This document shows positions 27,354 to 38,465 of a DNA stretch of 64,000 nucleotides, piece by piece. How positions within the stretch are numbered: position 1 is the stretch's first letter; each line of letters begins with the position of its first letter. A program made the translations under genes and the position numbers. Source of the DNA: Gemmatimonas sp. (GTDB lineage: Bacteria > Gemmatimonadota > Gemmatimonadetes > Gemmatimonadales > Gemmatimonadaceae); assembly GCA_965279375.1 (NCBI GenBank), contig OZ257156.1, forward strand, positions 3,104,001 to 3,168,000, read 5' to 3'. The notes under the pieces were generated by a model. It saw nothing but the letters and a program-made list of their open reading frames with translations, did no database searches and had not been told where the DNA came from.

Positions 27354-28292
27354 ATGTCTCGTCGAACCCAAACGCTTTTCGTTCGATTGCGCGCGTGGGC
27401 TCGCCGTCTTCTGAGAGGTGCGCTGCTGCCGATCGCGGCGTTGTCGGCCTGCGACGCGCGACGCGCGGCGGAGGTGGTCTTCGTCGGCTCGCAGTTCACA
27501 CGGAGCGCGGGAATTCCGTACGATACCGGTGCACGGCAGCGACTCGACGTGTACCGCCCGATCAGTACCGACCCGACGCCGCGGCCGGTTCTGGTCTTCC
27601 TGTACGGAGGTCGATGGCAGTCGGGTGCGCGCGACGAGTACAGGCTCGCTGGCGATGCGATCACTCGGCGCGGCTACGTGGCAGTGATTCCCGACTACCG
27701 GCTGGCGCCGCCTGCACACTTTCCTGACTGGATCGACGACGCTGCGCACGCCTTGCGATGGGTTCGCGACAGCATCGCGAACTACGGCGGCGACACCTCC
27801 CGCATCTTCGTCGTCGGTCATTCGGCTGGCGCGCACACGGCGACCGTACTGAATCTGGACGACCGCTACCTCGTGCGAGCCGGGGTACAGCCTGAAACGG
27901 TGAAAGGCTATGTAGCGCTCGCAGGGCCGGTCGATACGGCGTGGACCGAGCCCGACGTGCAGGCACTGATGGGACCGCGTGAAGGGTGGCCGGCCACCTA
28001 TCCCGCGCAGCTGGTGTCGTCCACGCACCACCAGCCCTTGCTGTTCTTGCACGGCGCGAAGGACGAGACGGTACTGCCCGGTAACTCCGTGCGACTCGCG
28101 CGTCGTATCCGACAATTCGGAGGCGGCGCCTGCGCCAGGATTTATCCCGGACTCTCGCATAAATCGATTGTCGTGGCGTTCATGATTCCTCGACTGCCGA
28201 TCGCACCCGTCCTCGACGACGTCCTCGCGTTCTTCCGCGACCCTGCGCACGCACCCTGTAGCGCGTCCGACGCCGCGCCATCGCCGAAGTGA
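27354..28292 (+). CDS. Alpha/beta hydrolase (esterase/lipase), probable lipoprotein
   Basis: LSAC lipobox, RLDVY, YGGRWQSG, DYRLAP, GHSAG, LHGAKD. Confidence 0.88.
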   Translation: MSRRTQTLFVRLRAWARRLLRGALLPIAALSACDARRAAEVVFVGSQFTRSAGIPYDTGARQRLDVYRPISTDPTPRPVLVFLYGGRWQSGARDEYRLAGDAITRRGYVAVIPDYRLAPPAHFPDWIDDAAHALRWVRDSIANYGGDTSRIFVVGHSAGAHTATVLNLDDRYLVRAGVQPETVKGYVALAGPVDTAWTEPDVQALMGPREGWPATYPAQLVSSTHHQPLLFLHGAKDETVLPGNSVRLARRIRQFGGGACARIYPGLSHKSIVVAFMIPRLPIAPVLDDVLAFFRDPAHAPCSASDAAPSPK

Positions 28293-28312
28293 TCGTCGCC
28301 GACAACGACGCT

Positions 28313-30373
28313 CTAGAACAGGCTCACCGTTTCCTCATCGTATACTGGTTCGGCAAGCGTGGCGGGGCCGCCCCGCCTGTGGTTCGGTCGAGTCTTGCGG
28401 CGATGCACAGCTGAACTTGGCCGAGCGTCTGGCGCGTTTTCGGGGCGCCGAGTAGCGCTGAGCGTGAAGCCACTCACCAGGTCCTGTAGCGTCGCCGCCT
28501 GGCTCGAGAGTTCCACGGCGGCACTCGCCGACTCCTCCGCGTTGCTCGCTACGGACTGCGTGGTCGCATTCATCTGCGAGGCGGCAGAGTTGAGTTGCCC
28601 AACGCCTTCGGCCTGCTGCGCGCTGGTGTTGGCGATGTCGCTGATCACTTCGCCGAGCTGATTCACTTGCACGTGTATCTGCGACAGTCGTCCGTTGACG
28701 ACGCCATTGAGACGATGCCCGGTCTGCGCGTGCCGAACGCTGTCTTCGATCAACGCCGTCGTCGTGCGTGCGGCTTCGGCGCTCCGAATCGCGAGACTCC
28801 GCACCTCGTCCGCCACGACGGCGAATCCGCGGCCGGCGTCACCCGCGCGCGCAGCTTCGACCGCAGCATTCAGCGCGAGCAAGTTGGTCTGGAAGGCGAT
28901 CTCGTCGATGGTCTTGACGATGCGTGCCGTCTGCGCGCTCGATGAGGTAATCTGTTCCATCGCTTCGGAGAGCTGCGACATGTCGGTCACGCCGGCGGTG
29001 GCGAGCGTACGGGCGGACGCTGCGAGCTCACGCGCCTGATTGGCATGTTCCGAACTGGTGCGTGCCATCGAGGCCAGCTCAGCAAGGCTCGCTGTCGTCT
29101 CTTCGAGGCTTGCGGCTTGATTGGCCGCGCCGTGGGCCAGCGCATCGCTACCGCTGCTGATCTCCGTACCAGCGGCGGCCACTTGCTCAGCTGCCGCGGC
29201 AACTTCGGCGAGTGCCTGATCCAGGTTGGCGACCGCCGTGTTGAGTGCCGATTGCATCACGGTGTACTCGCCGCGATAGACGCCGGTCATTCGCGCCGAC
29301 ATGTCACGGTCGGCCACTCGCTGCAGTACGGTCGATGCTTCGCGCAGCGGAACACCGACAGCATCCATCACGCGATTGAGCCCGCGCGCGAGATCGGCGA
29401 ACGCCCCTTCATGTTTGGTCTCATCGGCACGCGTTTGCAGGTCGCCGGCGGAGGCGGCCGTGTTGAGCGTGGCTGAGTCGGTGACGATGGCGCTGACGCT
29501 CTTCTGCGCGCGATTCAGCGAGTCGATGGAGGAGCGGCACTTCTCGATGATGCTGTTGATGGTCTGCGAGAGATCTCCGAATTCGTCCTTGCTCGTGATC
29601 TTCAGCGGTGGGGTGGTGGCTTCCAACCGCCCCGACAGATCGCCACGCGCCATGCCAGACGCGATCTGATCGATCCCGGTGATGCAATTTGCGCGCAGCG
29701 CAGTCGCGCGCTCCATGACGGCATTGATTGGACGAAGGATGGCGCGTGTCAACGTGATCTGGCCGATGGCGCAGGCCAGCAACATCAGCAGAAAGGCCGT
29801 CAGCGCGACCGCGAGCGCTCGCGTGTACGTGCTGCCCGAACTGGCGGTCGCGGCGTTCGACTCCTGGTGAATCGCCTCGTTAACCTCCGAGAGCACGGAG
29901 ATCGCCTTGTCTGCGACAGGCGTCGCCTCGGTGAGAATCAGTCGGGCGCCCGCTGCATCGCCGTTGGCAGACGCGTCGATGGCGGCGGTGGCCGTGGCGA
30001 GAAAGGTGCTCCAGCCCGCATCGAAGTCCGCCAGCTCCTTCTTCGAGGAGGCAGTGGAGTACAGCTTCATCAGGTGACTCTGCGCCACTTCCACGGCTTG
30101 AGCTGCCGAGTCTACGCGGGCGCGCGAGCGGCGTTCGGAGACGTCGCTGATCACGAAGTCCACCGCAGCGGTCCGATAGCCCTGCGCTGCTCGAAGCAGC
30201 GTGGCACTGGCATCGAGCGCCGGCATCCAGGTGTTGCTGATCAACTCCGCCTGTTGATGCACGGATCGAAGCTGCAGCACATTGATGAGCGAGGCAGACG
30301 CCGTGATGAAGCCGACCAGCGCGAAGCACAGGCTGAGCTTTCGCGCAACCTTGAGATTGGAGAACCAGGACAT
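28313..30373 (-). CDS. Methyl-accepting chemotaxis protein (4HB sensor, HAMP domains)
   Basis: Two TMs around a periplasmic four-helix domain; [33 protein letters not shown]. Confidence 0.95.
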   Translation of the reverse strand: MSWFSNLKVARKLSLCFALVGFITASASLINVLQLRSVHQQAELISNTWMPALDASATLLRAAQGYRTAAVDFVISDVSERRSRARVDSAAQAVEVAQSHLMKLYSTASSKKELADFDAGWSTFLATATAAIDASANGDAAGARLILTEATPVADKAISVLSEVNEAIHQESNAATASSGSTYTRALAVALTAFLLMLLACAIGQITLTRAILRPINAVMERATALRANCITGIDQIASGMARGDLSGRLEATTPPLKITSKDEFGDLSQTINSIIEKCRSSIDSLNRAQKSVSAIVTDSATLNTAASAGDLQTRADETKHEGAFADLARGLNRVMDAVGVPLREASTVLQRVADRDMSARMTGVYRGEYTVMQSALNTAVANLDQALAEVAAAAEQVAAAGTEISSGSDALAHGAANQAASLEETTASLAELASMARTSSEHANQARELAASARTLATAGVTDMSQLSEAMEQITSSSAQTARIVKTIDEIAFQTNLLALNAAVEAARAGDAGRGFAVVADEVRSLAIRSAEAARTTTALIEDSVRHAQTGHRLNGVVNGRLSQIHVQVNQLGEVISDIANTSAQQAEGVGQLNSAASQMNATTQSVASNAEESASAAVELSSQAATLQDLVSGFTLSATRRPENAPDARPSSAVHRRKTRPNHRRGGPATLAEPVYDEETVSLF

Positions 30374-30380
30374 GAGCGTC

Positions 30381-31943
30381 TCAGCGGCTGTGGACGAATG
30401 CTCGCCGTGATGCTTTGGCCGGTGGCGCGGCGGCGCGCGACGTGCGGTGCATCGGTGCGGGCGGTTCCTCGTCGGCCGCGAATGCGCTGACCGCCTCGGC
30501 GAGTCCTTCAGCACGGTCGCGCAGTTCCATCGCCGCCGCACTTCCTTCTTCTGCGTTGGCCGCGACCGTCTGGGTGACGCTGTTGATCTGTTCGATCGCG
30601 ATGGCGATCTGTGCGACGCCCTGCCCCTGCTGTTCGCTTGCCTCCGCGATTTCGCCCATGGCCGCGCTGACCCGCTCTGCCTGCCGCGCGATGGAGGAAA
30701 GCGTCACGAGCACGTCCTCGTTCAGCCGGACACCGTCGGCCGTGCTTTGCACCGACTCCGCGATGAGCGTCGTCGTGTTGCGTGCGGCCTCCGCGCTGCG
30801 TAGCGCGAGGCTGCGTACTTCTTCTGCGACCACGGCGAAGCCACGTCCTGCGTCGCCCGCCCGAGCCGCCTCTACGGCGGCGTTCAGTGCCAGCAGATTC
30901 GTCTGAAAGGCGATCTCGTCGATCGTCTTGATGATCTTCGCGGTGGCGTCCGCGCCGGCCTTGATCCGTCGCATCGCGTCCGTGAGCCGATCCATCGTCA
31001 CGACGCCCGCCGCTGCTGTCTTGCGCGACTCGTCGGCCAGCGTGCGCGCCTCGTTGGTGTGGCCAGCGCTCTGCCGTGACATACTGGTCAGCTCCTGCAG
31101 GCTGGCCGTCACCTCTTCGAGCGACGCTGCTTGCGAGGACGCGCCATCGGCGAGTACGGCGCTGCTCGCGCGAATGGCGGAGGACGTCTCGAGAATCTCC
31201 TCCGCCGCATGTGTGACCGTCACCATGGTGTTCGACAGTTCTTCCATGGCCTGATTGAAGTGCGCCTGCACCTCAGCGTTTCGTTCGGTGAAGGAGCCGT
31301 GTACGCGCGTGGTGAGATCGCCACTCGCCAGCCGAGCCAGCGCGCCGCTGATCTCGTCGAGGAATCGCACTGCCTCACCCTTGAGCAGCGTCTCGACACG
31401 TTCCTGTCGCGCGTCTGTCAGCGCCGTCACGACAATGGCGATGTCCGCCTGCAGGATGCGATCGAACGCGCGCTGGAATCGACGGTATTCCGCGTTCGAG
31501 GCGCCGCTGTGCTCCACGGCCGCCAGCATGTACTCGCGGATCACTTCGTACATTGCGACGTACCAATTGGAATCGAGATTGATTCGTTCGTGGACCTTGC
31601 CCACCACTCGGCGATACTCGACGTACTGATCGTCGATCGATCCGGTGAACATGGCGAGCACGTAGCGTGTGATCAGTGGACGCTGGCGGTCCACCGTGGT
31701 GTGTTGCGCGATGATGCTGGCGGTTTCCTGGGTGCGACCGATGTGCGCGTAGAACGCGTCGATCATCTTGTCGCAGGCGGCCTTGCACACGGGCTCCCAC
31801 GTACGGATCACACCGAGATCGTGTGGGCTCAACTGCAGGAATTCAAGGCGTCGACGTACGTCGGGATCTGTCACCGACACGGAACCAACTGGATACTCAC
31901 GCTCCGCAAGGGCGGCGGACGAACGACCGAAGAATCCGAACAT
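30381..31943 (-). CDS. Globin-coupled soluble chemoreceptor (HemAT-like)
   Basis: N-terminal sensor globin ([24 protein letters not shown]), no TM, MCP signalling domain. Confidence 0.88.
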   Translation of the reverse strand: MFGFFGRSSAALAEREYPVGSVSVTDPDVRRRLEFLQLSPHDLGVIRTWEPVCKAACDKMIDAFYAHIGRTQETASIIAQHTTVDRQRPLITRYVLAMFTGSIDDQYVEYRRVVGKVHERINLDSNWYVAMYEVIREYMLAAVEHSGASNAEYRRFQRAFDRILQADIAIVVTALTDARQERVETLLKGEAVRFLDEISGALARLASGDLTTRVHGSFTERNAEVQAHFNQAMEELSNTMVTVTHAAEEILETSSAIRASSAVLADGASSQAASLEEVTASLQELTSMSRQSAGHTNEARTLADESRKTAAAGVVTMDRLTDAMRRIKAGADATAKIIKTIDEIAFQTNLLALNAAVEAARAGDAGRGFAVVAEEVRSLALRSAEAARNTTTLIAESVQSTADGVRLNEDVLVTLSSIARQAERVSAAMGEIAEASEQQGQGVAQIAIAIEQINSVTQTVAANAEEGSAAAMELRDRAEGLAEAVSAFAADEEPPAPMHRTSRAAAPPAKASRRAFVHSR

Positions 31944-32061
31944 GTGCGAACCATCCTGATTGCGCGAGCGCATCGTTGCTCTGGATCACTCAGCGTCGAG
32001 CGAACGTTCGCGTCAAACAAACGGCGCGCTAGGTCTCAGAGTCCGACAAACTCAACTGCAG

Positions 32062-32088
32062 GTATCGACGACCGCCTTCGGAATCTGA
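32062..32088 (-). promoter_or_regulatory. Candidate sigma28 (FliA) promoter for the chemoreceptor pair
   Basis: Minus strand TCAG-N15-GTCGATAC versus consensus TAAA-N15-GCCGATAA. Confidence 0.45.
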
Positions 32089-32166
32089 AACGCGACATTT
32101 GCGTCCGCCTTTCGTCCCAGCTTTTGCGAACGCTTCGGCCGGTCGCACTCAACGCGTGTCGCGCAT

Positions 32167-33408
32167 TTACTCGTAGCGCAGTGCTTCGATGGGATCGAGC
32201 GCGGAAGCGCGCCTCGCGGGGAGCAACCCGAAGATGATGCCGATCGCGACGGAGACGCACACCGCGATGATGGTCAGGCCAATCGGGACTGGCGCATCGA
32301 CCGCAAGCGCGAGTGATGCGATGCGTCCCAATGCGAGTCCGACGACTATGCCGATCGCGCCACCAATTCCGGTGAGCGTCGACGCTTCAATCAGAAATTG
32401 AAACAGGATATCGCGCTTCGTCGCACCGAGTGCCTTGCGTACGCCGATTTCGCGCGTGCGGCTGGTGACGGAGACCGTCATGATCGCCATCACGCCAATG
32501 CCGCCCACAAGCAGTGCCACGGCCGACAGCACGATCATGACGAGGAAGAAGACGCTCGTCAGGTTGTTGAAGGTGTCGAGCACCTGATCCTGCGTGATGA
32601 CGTCGAACGTGTTGCCATCGCTGGGGCGCAATCGACGTGCCTCGCGCAGCGACATGATCACAGCGCCTTGGGCGTCGGCAACGCTCACACCATCGCGCGG
32701 CTTGACGGGGATCCAGAGCCCGTTGGTGCGATCGAAGTCGAACTGGTGATCGAGCAGCTTGTACGGCACCACGGCACCGACGGCCTGCCCGGGTGGTGCG
32801 AAGATGTTGCCCGGTTCCTGCCAAAGGCCGATCACCTCCACGGGGCGACCGCCGACACGCACCCATTTGCCGAGGCTCTGTTCGCGACCGAAGAGGCGCA
32901 GCGCGGTTCGTTCCTGCAGCACCACAACGGAAGCACCGGACTCCATTTCACTCCTGCTGAACCAACGGCCCGATTGCAGCTCGCCCCCCTGAATGAGCTG
33001 AAAGCCGTCGTCCGCGCCGAACACCGCCACCGGCTGTGATCGCTCCCCGGCATATTCCACGCGTGCAAGCGCCTGTCCCCAGATCCCCGCGTAGCCGACC
33101 TCCGGGAGTTTGCGAATGCGTTCCGCTTCGCGCTCGCTCATCTCCGGGCGGATGCGTACGTCCTTGGGAAGATCGTCCGGGTTGAGCGGCACCTGCGAAA
33201 ATTTCCGCAGCACGTAAAACGTGTTGGGCCCCGCGATCTCGAAGGTGTGCGCTATCTGCTGCTGAATGCCTTGGACGATCGCGGCCATCGCCATCACCGT
33301 CGCCACCCCGATCACCACGCCAAGAATCGTCAGCGCGGAGCGCAACTTGTTTGCACGTAGCGACTCGATCGCAATGCGAATGTTCTCGCCCATCGCATCG
33401 ACGCGCAT
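32167..33408 (-). CDS. MacB/FtsX-like ABC permease 8 (type B, divergent)
   Basis: ANKLRSALTILGVVIGV, GGIGVMAIMTVSVTSRTREIG, LDPIEALRYE. Confidence 0.93.
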   Translation of the reverse strand: MRVDAMGENIRIAIESLRANKLRSALTILGVVIGVATVMAMAAIVQGIQQQIAHTFEIAGPNTFYVLRKFSQVPLNPDDLPKDVRIRPEMSEREAERIRKLPEVGYAGIWGQALARVEYAGERSQPVAVFGADDGFQLIQGGELQSGRWFSRSEMESGASVVVLQERTALRLFGREQSLGKWVRVGGRPVEVIGLWQEPGNIFAPPGQAVGAVVPYKLLDHQFDFDRTNGLWIPVKPRDGVSVADAQGAVIMSLREARRLRPSDGNTFDVITQDQVLDTFNNLTSVFFLVMIVLSAVALLVGGIGVMAIMTVSVTSRTREIGVRKALGATKRDILFQFLIEASTLTGIGGAIGIVVGLALGRIASLALAVDAPVPIGLTIIAVCVSVAIGIIFGLLPARRASALDPIEALRYE

Positions 33409-33411
33409 GGA

Positions 33412-34656
33412 TCAGGTCTCCGCGCGCATGGCGGTGATCGGATCGAGCTTGGACGCGCGCGTCGCCGGGTACACGCCAAACAGCACTCCGATGCCCGCGC
33501 CGAGGGTGAGCGCGAGCGCGATCGACCATCCGGTGACGCGGGCGGGCAGGGGAGAGAAGGCCGCGATCGCCTGAGCGAGACTCCAACCCGCGATCACACC
33601 GAGGATGCCGCCGAGGAGCGCGAGCGCGACCGCTTCGGCGAGAAACTGGCGTCGGATGTCCACCGATGTGGCGCCGACCGCTTTGCGCAGCCCGATCTCG
33701 TGCGTTCGCTCGGTCACGGCCATCAGCATGATGTTCATGATGACAATGCCGCCCACCAGCACGCCGATCATGACGACCGCAGGGACCACCGCAAAGAGCA
33801 CGCTGGTCAACTGATTCCAGAACTCCAGCAGCGCGTCTGCCGTATCGATCGAAAAGTTGTTCGCATCGGTCGGACGCAGCCCGCGCGCGACGCGCATGGC
33901 TTCTTCGGCACGCGCCATTGCCGGCGCGACCTCTGCCGCTTCACGCAACTTGACCGAAACCGTGGTGGTCTGTCGCCGACCGTAGATCGATTCGAACGCG
34001 GTGATGGGGATCAGCGCGAAGCCGTCGAACGACTGTCCAAGCACGCGCCCTTTCCGAGCGACCACGCCAACGATCGTGAAGCGCTGGCCCATAATGCGCA
34101 CTTCCTGGTCGATCGGCTCGGCGCCATCGAACAACGTCTTGGCAACGTCCGCTCCCACGACCGCGACGTTGCGACGCTCCCGCACGTCGATCTCGCTGAG
34201 CGGGCGGCCATCGGAGAATCGATAGTCCTGCACGACTTGATAGTCGCTCGTGACGCCGAAGAGCTGCACACTGCCTAACGTGCGATCGCGCCACACGACG
34301 TCGGCCTGCGGCGTGGGCCACCCCGACTGCAGGCTGATGGCCAGCGCATTCGGGAGCGCGGCGCGCACCGCCTCCGCATCCGCCTCGCTGATCTTGGGAC
34401 GGCGCTGCAGCACACGGTACTGATCGTCGTTGAACAGTCCTAGACTGATCGGGACGCGTCGCAGCTGGAAGGTGTTCATGCCGATCATGGCGTCGGCAAT
34501 GTTCTCCTTCACGTACGCATTCATGCCCTGAATGATCGCCACGACGGCGACCAGAAATCCCACCGACACTACAATGCCCAGCAGGGTGAACGCAGTCCGC
34601 AGCGGATTCACCCGAAGCTGTCCCAACGCCATGCGGAGTACGTCCGAGAATCGCAT
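33412..34656 (-). CDS. MacB/FtsX-like ABC permease 7 (type A, divergent)
   Basis: RVNPLRTAFTLLGIVVSVGFL, GGIVIMNIMLMAVTERTHEIG. Confidence 0.93.
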   Translation of the reverse strand: MRFSDVLRMALGQLRVNPLRTAFTLLGIVVSVGFLVAVVAIIQGMNAYVKENIADAMIGMNTFQLRRVPISLGLFNDDQYRVLQRRPKISEADAEAVRAALPNALAISLQSGWPTPQADVVWRDRTLGSVQLFGVTSDYQVVQDYRFSDGRPLSEIDVRERRNVAVVGADVAKTLFDGAEPIDQEVRIMGQRFTIVGVVARKGRVLGQSFDGFALIPITAFESIYGRRQTTTVSVKLREAAEVAPAMARAEEAMRVARGLRPTDANNFSIDTADALLEFWNQLTSVLFAVVPAVVMIGVLVGGIVIMNIMLMAVTERTHEIGLRKAVGATSVDIRRQFLAEAVALALLGGILGVIAGWSLAQAIAAFSPLPARVTGWSIALALTLGAGIGVLFGVYPATRASKLDPITAMRAET

Positions 34657-34669
34657 GGCGTGAGCGCGG

Positions 34670-35926
34670 TTACTCGTGCCGCAGTGCTTCGACGGGATCC
34701 AGGCGTGAGGCGCGCACGGCCGGGAGCATGCCGAACGCCACACCGGTGACGGCGCTGGCGACGAGCGCGGTCACCACGGTGGAGAGCGGGAGCGACGCAG
34801 GGATCGGACTGTTCGCACGAATCGCCCACGCCAGCAGCGCGCCGATGATCAGTCCGAGAATCGCACCGATGGACGTGAGCGTGGCCGCCTCCACCAGGAA
34901 CTGCCAGCGAATGGTGCCTGCAGTGGCACCCAGCGCCTTACGCACGCCGATTTCACGGGTCCGTTCGGTCACCGAGATCATCATGATGGCGACGACGCCT
35001 ACGCCGCCCACCAGCAGCGCCACCGCCGAAAGTGCGAGACCGACTGCGAAGATCGCACCGAACAGCTGGTTGAACGTGTCCATGATGCGGTCCTGCTCAA
35101 CCAGATAGAAATCGTTCCGATCACCCGGCTTGAGGCCGCGCCGCGCGCGCATCGATGCCAGCGTTTCGTCCATCACTTCCGACTGCACGGCATCGCTGCG
35201 CGGCCGCACGAGCAGCGACAGCCCGCGCTTGAACGCATCGAGATGACGCACTGACGCCTGCAGCGGAATGATCGCGCGCGGCGTGTCCGGCCCCTTGCCC
35301 TCGAGCGACTTGAGGAAGCCCGCCTTGGGGTGATAGATGCCAATCACGGTGAACTGCTGGCCATTGATCTGGATCTGTTTGCCCACCGGTTCCGACTGTC
35401 CGAACAGCTGCGTCTTGAGCGTGTCGTTGATCAGCACCACCGGCTGTCCGGCGTCATGCTCATTCTTGGTGTAGTTGCGGCCCGGGAAAATGTCCGCCGC
35501 ATCCACCATCGGCCACTCGCTGCTGTACGCGTCGTAGCCGACGTTGTCCACGCGGCTGTTGCGATACGAAAAGTTGCCTTGGCCGCCCAGCACGCCGATA
35601 ACGGTCTCGACGCCGGGCACGCGCTTGATCATCTCCCACTCGTCGAAGGAGATCGCCGGGTTGCGTCGATCGGGGCACTTCTCGTCGGTACCGTCGCAGG
35701 CGTTGATGCCCGCGCCCTGACGCTGCACGATGAACGTGGTCGCGCCGATCGCCTGCAGGTCTTGCTGGAACGACTGGCGAATGCCGTTGACGACCGAGCC
35801 CATCGCCACGACGACGAACACGCCGATGGCCACGCCCGCGATCGTCAGTGCGGCGCGCACCTTGTTGATGCGGATGGCCTCGAGCGCCATACCCACACCC
35901 TCGAGGATCAGGAGAAAACGATTCAT
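34670..35926 (-). CDS. MacB/FtsX-like ABC permease 6 (type B)
   Basis: NKVRAALTI, CDGTDEKC, GGVGVVAIMMISVTERTREIG, LDPVEALRHE. Confidence 0.93.
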   Translation of the reverse strand: MNRFLLILEGVGMALEAIRINKVRAALTIAGVAIGVFVVVAMGSVVNGIRQSFQQDLQAIGATTFIVQRQGAGINACDGTDEKCPDRRNPAISFDEWEMIKRVPGVETVIGVLGGQGNFSYRNSRVDNVGYDAYSSEWPMVDAADIFPGRNYTKNEHDAGQPVVLINDTLKTQLFGQSEPVGKQIQINGQQFTVIGIYHPKAGFLKSLEGKGPDTPRAIIPLQASVRHLDAFKRGLSLLVRPRSDAVQSEVMDETLASMRARRGLKPGDRNDFYLVEQDRIMDTFNQLFGAIFAVGLALSAVALLVGGVGVVAIMMISVTERTREIGVRKALGATAGTIRWQFLVEAATLTSIGAILGLIIGALLAWAIRANSPIPASLPLSTVVTALVASAVTGVAFGMLPAVRASRLDPVEALRHE

Positions 35927-35930
35927 GCGA

Positions 35931-37172
35931 CTACTCCTGACGAAGGGCAGTGATGGGGTCGAGCTTGGACGCGCGACTGGCCGGATACATGCCGGCGGCG
36001 ATGCCGACGCCCGCACCCGTGAGCAACGCCGCGCCGATAGACCACGGCGCCACGGCCGCGGGCAACGGCGTCAGTGCCGCGATGGTCCACGCGAGACCGA
36101 TGCCCAGCGCGATACCAATGGCGGCGCCGAGTACGCTGAGCGTCGTCGCCTCCACCAGAAACTGGGAGAGAATGTCCGAGCGCTTGGCGCCAAGCGCCTT
36201 GCGGATGCCGATCTCGCGCGTGCGCTCGGCAACGGCCACGAGCATGATGTTCATGATCACCATCGCGCCCACGACAAGGCTGATGGCCGGGAGCGCCGTG
36301 CCAAAGAGCACGAGGCGTCCCTTGAGTTCGTTGATGAAGCCGAACGCGGCGTCCTGCGTGACGAGTCCGAAGTCATCCGCCTCGCCCGCGCGGAGTCCGC
36401 GAATGGAGCGCAGCGCGCTGCGCGCCAGCTCGATGCCCTCATCGATCTCGGGGCGCGTGTTGGCCTGCACAATCAGCGATCCGATATCGCCGCGCGGACG
36501 GATGATGCGCCCCATCGGCGAGGTGCGCGGCGCGATGGCCAATCGATCAAGGGAGAAGCCGAACACCGACCCCTGCTTCTCTACGACGCCGATCACCGTG
36601 AACGGGATACCGCCGATTTTCAGCGTCCGTCCTTCGGCGTTCAAACCACCAAAGAAGTGCTCGGCCACTTCCACGCCGATCACCAGCACTGGCGAACCGG
36701 TGCGCACCTCCTGATCGGTGAAAGCGCGACCGGTCGTGATACCGAACTTCTTGATCGAGAAGTACTCCGCGTCGGTAGCGACCGTCTGCACCTGCTTGGG
36801 GCGCACGCCGGGCGCCGTCGCGTAGGTGAACGATTCCGACGTCGCAGCCGATGGCATCGTCGGCGGCAGTGCGGCGCGCACGGCATCGACGTCGGTCATC
36901 CTGATCAGCGGACGGCGCGCGGCGTTTCGGAAGTCCTGCCCGCGATTGCCACCGGGGCCGACGTTGTCGAAGCGGCGCAGCGTGAACGTGTTGGCGCCGA
37001 TCAACTTGCCGGCAAAATCTTCTTCGACGTAGCGCCCCATCCCTTCGACGATGGATACGACGGCGATGAGGAACATCACGCCGATCGTTACGCCGAGGAG
37101 GGTGAACGCGCTCTTCAGCTTCTGGACGCGAAGCTGGGACAGGGCCAGGCCAATGGCATCACGGGTCTTCAC
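35931..37172 (-). CDS. MacB/FtsX-like ABC permease 5 (type A)
   Basis: RVQKLKSAFTLLGV, IMNIMLVAVAERTREIG, ALRQE. Confidence 0.93.
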   Translation of the reverse strand: MKTRDAIGLALSQLRVQKLKSAFTLLGVTIGVMFLIAVVSIVEGMGRYVEEDFAGKLIGANTFTLRRFDNVGPGGNRGQDFRNAARRPLIRMTDVDAVRAALPPTMPSAATSESFTYATAPGVRPKQVQTVATDAEYFSIKKFGITTGRAFTDQEVRTGSPVLVIGVEVAEHFFGGLNAEGRTLKIGGIPFTVIGVVEKQGSVFGFSLDRLAIAPRTSPMGRIIRPRGDIGSLIVQANTRPEIDEGIELARSALRSIRGLRAGEADDFGLVTQDAAFGFINELKGRLVLFGTALPAISLVVGAMVIMNIMLVAVAERTREIGIRKALGAKRSDILSQFLVEATTLSVLGAAIGIALGIGLAWTIAALTPLPAAVAPWSIGAALLTGAGVGIAAGMYPASRASKLDPITALRQE

Positions 37173-37194
37173 CCCTCAACAATAACCCAATCGC

Positions 37195-38460
37195 CTACTC
37201 GTGACGCAGGGCCTCCACTGGATCCATGCGGGAGGCGCGCATGGCTGGAGCGGTTCCGAAGACGACACCGGTCAGGATGCTGGCGCCGATCGCCGTGAAG
37301 ATCGCCGAGACCGGCACGGAGGTGGGTACCGGGGTGTAGGTGCGGACCAGCCACGCCAGCACGGTCCCGATCAGCAGGCCGATCGACGCACCGACCGAGG
37401 TCAGCGTCGCCGCCTCGACGAGAAACTGCCAGAGAATCGTGGCACTCGTCGCACCGAGGGCCTTCCGCACGCCGATTTCGCGAGTACGCTCGGTCACGGA
37501 GATCATCATGATCGCCACCACGCCGACCCCACCCACCAGCAGCCCGACCGCGGACAGCGCGAGCCCCACCAGGAAGATCGCGCCGAAAAGCTGGTCGAAG
37601 GTCTCCATCATGCGATCCTGAGCCACGAGCGCGAAGTTGTTGGGCTGGACCGGCTTGAGGCCACGGTGGGCACGCAAGTACGCCGTGACCGCGTCCTGTG
37701 CGTCCGAGACGGGGACCTCCGGACGCGGCTGCACGAAGAGTTGGAGACCCGGTCGCCAGACGTCGAGGTGACGATAGGCGGTGAGCATCGGCAGTAGCGC
37801 GCGGGGGCGGTCGGGGCCGCGCCCGTCGAGCGTCTTGAGGAAGCCCGCCTTTGTATGAAAGACCCCAATGACGCTGAACTGCTTGCCCTCGATCTGGATG
37901 TCCTTCCCGATCGGGTCGCTGTCGCCGAACAGACGACTCTTGAGCGAGTCGTTGATGATGACGACCTGCGCACCAGCATCGTGCTCCGACGCCGAGAAGC
38001 TGCGCCCCGGGGCGATGTCGGCTTGATCGGTCTTGATCCAGTCGGGGCTCTGCGCGTCGTATCCGACGTCCTTGAGATGCCGGTCGTGATACTCGAAGCG
38101 CGTCTGTCCCCCGAGTACGGCCGTTGCCGTCGCGATCTCGGGCAACCTGCGGATCGCGGAGAACTCGGCGAGCGTGATCGCCGGGTTGCGTCGCTCGGGG
38201 CAGGTGTCATCCGTGCCGTCGCAGGCGTTGAACCCGATGCCGCGACGGCGCACCTGAAACGTGGTCACCCCGAACTCGTCGAGGTCCGCCTGAAAGCTCT
38301 GGCGAATGCCGTTGACCGTCGCGCCCATCGCCACCACAACGAAGACGCCGATCGCCACACCCGCGATCGTGAGTCCGGCCCGGACCTTGTTCGCACGCAT
38401 GGCATCGAGCGCCATGCCGATGCCTTCCAGCGCCATGAGCACCCGGTCGACCAGACGCAT
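37195..38460 (-). CDS. MacB/FtsX-like ABC permease 4 (type B)
   Basis: NKVRAGLTI, CDGTDDTC, GGVGVVAIMMISVTERTREIG. Confidence 0.93.
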   Translation of the reverse strand: MRLVDRVLMALEGIGMALDAMRANKVRAGLTIAGVAIGVFVVVAMGATVNGIRQSFQADLDEFGVTTFQVRRRGIGFNACDGTDDTCPERRNPAITLAEFSAIRRLPEIATATAVLGGQTRFEYHDRHLKDVGYDAQSPDWIKTDQADIAPGRSFSASEHDAGAQVVIINDSLKSRLFGDSDPIGKDIQIEGKQFSVIGVFHTKAGFLKTLDGRGPDRPRALLPMLTAYRHLDVWRPGLQLFVQPRPEVPVSDAQDAVTAYLRAHRGLKPVQPNNFALVAQDRMMETFDQLFGAIFLVGLALSAVGLLVGGVGVVAIMMISVTERTREIGVRKALGATSATILWQFLVEAATLTSVGASIGLLIGTVLAWLVRTYTPVPTSVPVSAIFTAIGASILTGVVFGTAPAMRASRMDPVEALRHE

Positions 38461-38465
38461 GTGCG

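Noticed and set aside
32095..32135. c-di-GMP-I riboswitch-like words (GCAAAA..GAAA..GGACGCAAA, minus strand) upstream of the chemoreceptors
   Set aside because: The P2 stem around GAAA does not pair and no P3 is evident; an Infernal search with the Rfam c-di-GMP-I model would settle it.
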